A stretch of 24,590 bases of DNA from a virus (lineage: Duplodnaviria > Caudoviricetes): IMG/VR virus record IMGVR_UViG_3300011334_000048, positions 1 through 24,590 of that record, one strand, 5' to 3'. The notes below the pieces were generated by a model that ran no database searches, was not told the origin of the DNA, and was given only the letters and a program-made list of their open reading frames with translations. The position numbers and the translations under genes are program-made. This document shows, in pieces, positions 23,999-24,590 of this stretch. The first letter of the stretch is position 1. Each line of letters opens with the position of its first letter.

Positions 23999-24590
23999 AA
24001 TTCTAGGATATATCGCATATGAGGGCCCCAGCGTTATCGACGGCTCGCCGATTGTCGTTATCGTTAACAAAATCGACGGCTCCGACAATGTCAAAACTGG
24101 CGCGATGGTGCAAACCTTTATCATCCGCTCCGATATTTCACCAATCGACGCGTTGAACACCGGTGCCGACGTGTCGATATGTGGTGATTGTGGCCACCGG
24201 CCGTATTTGATCAAAACCGGCGAGAGTGACGAACCGCCGTGTTATGTCAACGTCGGTCGATCGGTTCGTAGCGTATTTGAAGCATATAAACGCGGCCGGT
24301 ATGTCAAAGCCGACGCGGCCACAATCGCGCGCGCGTTATCTGAAAAAATAGTACGGCTCGGCACGTATGGCGATCCATTCGCGGCACCGGTGGCGATGTG
24401 GCTAAAAATCTTACGGTATGCAGCTGGCCACCGTGGTTACACGCACCAATGGCAGCGGCCTGATTTTGACGTGCAAGCCTGGGCTCCGCTGGTCATGGCC
24501 AGCGCGGATAACATCGACGAAGCAGCGCGCGCGAATTTACTTGGCATGCGGGTTTTTAGGGTTTCCGTCGGTGTTGACGTGCAAGCTGGT
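23994..24590 (+). CDS. Cys-motif phage protein, Gp88/DUF7227-like (possibly radical-SAM-related), truncated by the window edge; not in the ORF track
   Basis: Manual translation open to the window end: MKILGYIAYEGPSVIDG...NVKTGAMVQT...ICGDCGHR...PCYVN...VRLGTYGDP...GYTHQW...MASAD. Confidence 0.75.
   Translation, partial: MKILGYIAYEGPSVIDGSPIVVIVNKIDGSDNVKTGAMVQTFIIRSDISPIDALNTGADVSICGDCGHRPYLIKTGESDEPPCYVNVGRSVRSVFEAYKRGRYVKADAATIARALSEKIVRLGTYGDPFAAPVAMWLKILRYAAGHRGYTHQWQRPDFDVQAWAPLVMASADNIDEAARANLLGMRVFRVSVGVDVQAG

Larger units (their letters stand above)
1..24590. mobile_element. P22-like podophage genome segment (complete morphogenesis and lysis module plus flanking plus-strand genes)
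   Basis: Contiguous, tightly coupled terminase, portal, scaffold, coat, gp4, gp10, ejection and lysis genes; no tape measure or tail tube genes; no host housekeeping genes or integrase in the window. Confidence 0.95.

Overview
The window is a large part of a tailed dsDNA phage genome (or prophage) with a P22-like podovirus architecture. One long minus-strand late operon (23021 to 136) runs: small terminase, large terminase, three small Lys-rich ORFs, P22-type portal, an inserted block (Dps/ferritin-like protein, a small ORF, a Thr/Gly-rich beta-solenoid, a 101-aa ORF and a pectate-lyase-like tailspike), scaffold, P22 gp5-type coat protein, putative decoration proteins, gp4-like adaptor, gp10-like hub, needle/fibre, cupin-like protein, three putative ejection proteins, and a five-gene lysis block ending in a 3TM-type holin and an M15 endolysin. 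Plus-strand genes flank it at both ends. The ~680-bp divergent non-coding region (23022-23703) is highly structured. It holds a probable leaderless terS promoter, seven copies of a 20-bp palindrome, a second iteron-like motif family, and one copy of a 28-bp translation-initiation unit that recurs exactly before the second plus-strand gene. Other oddities are a probable ATT-initiated lysis gene with a HeLo-like N-terminus, a collapsed cupin pseudogene, paired duplications in an ejection protein, and an acidic TExG-repeat insertion in the gp10 homologue. Family assignments come from motif recognition and synteny only; no database searches were run.
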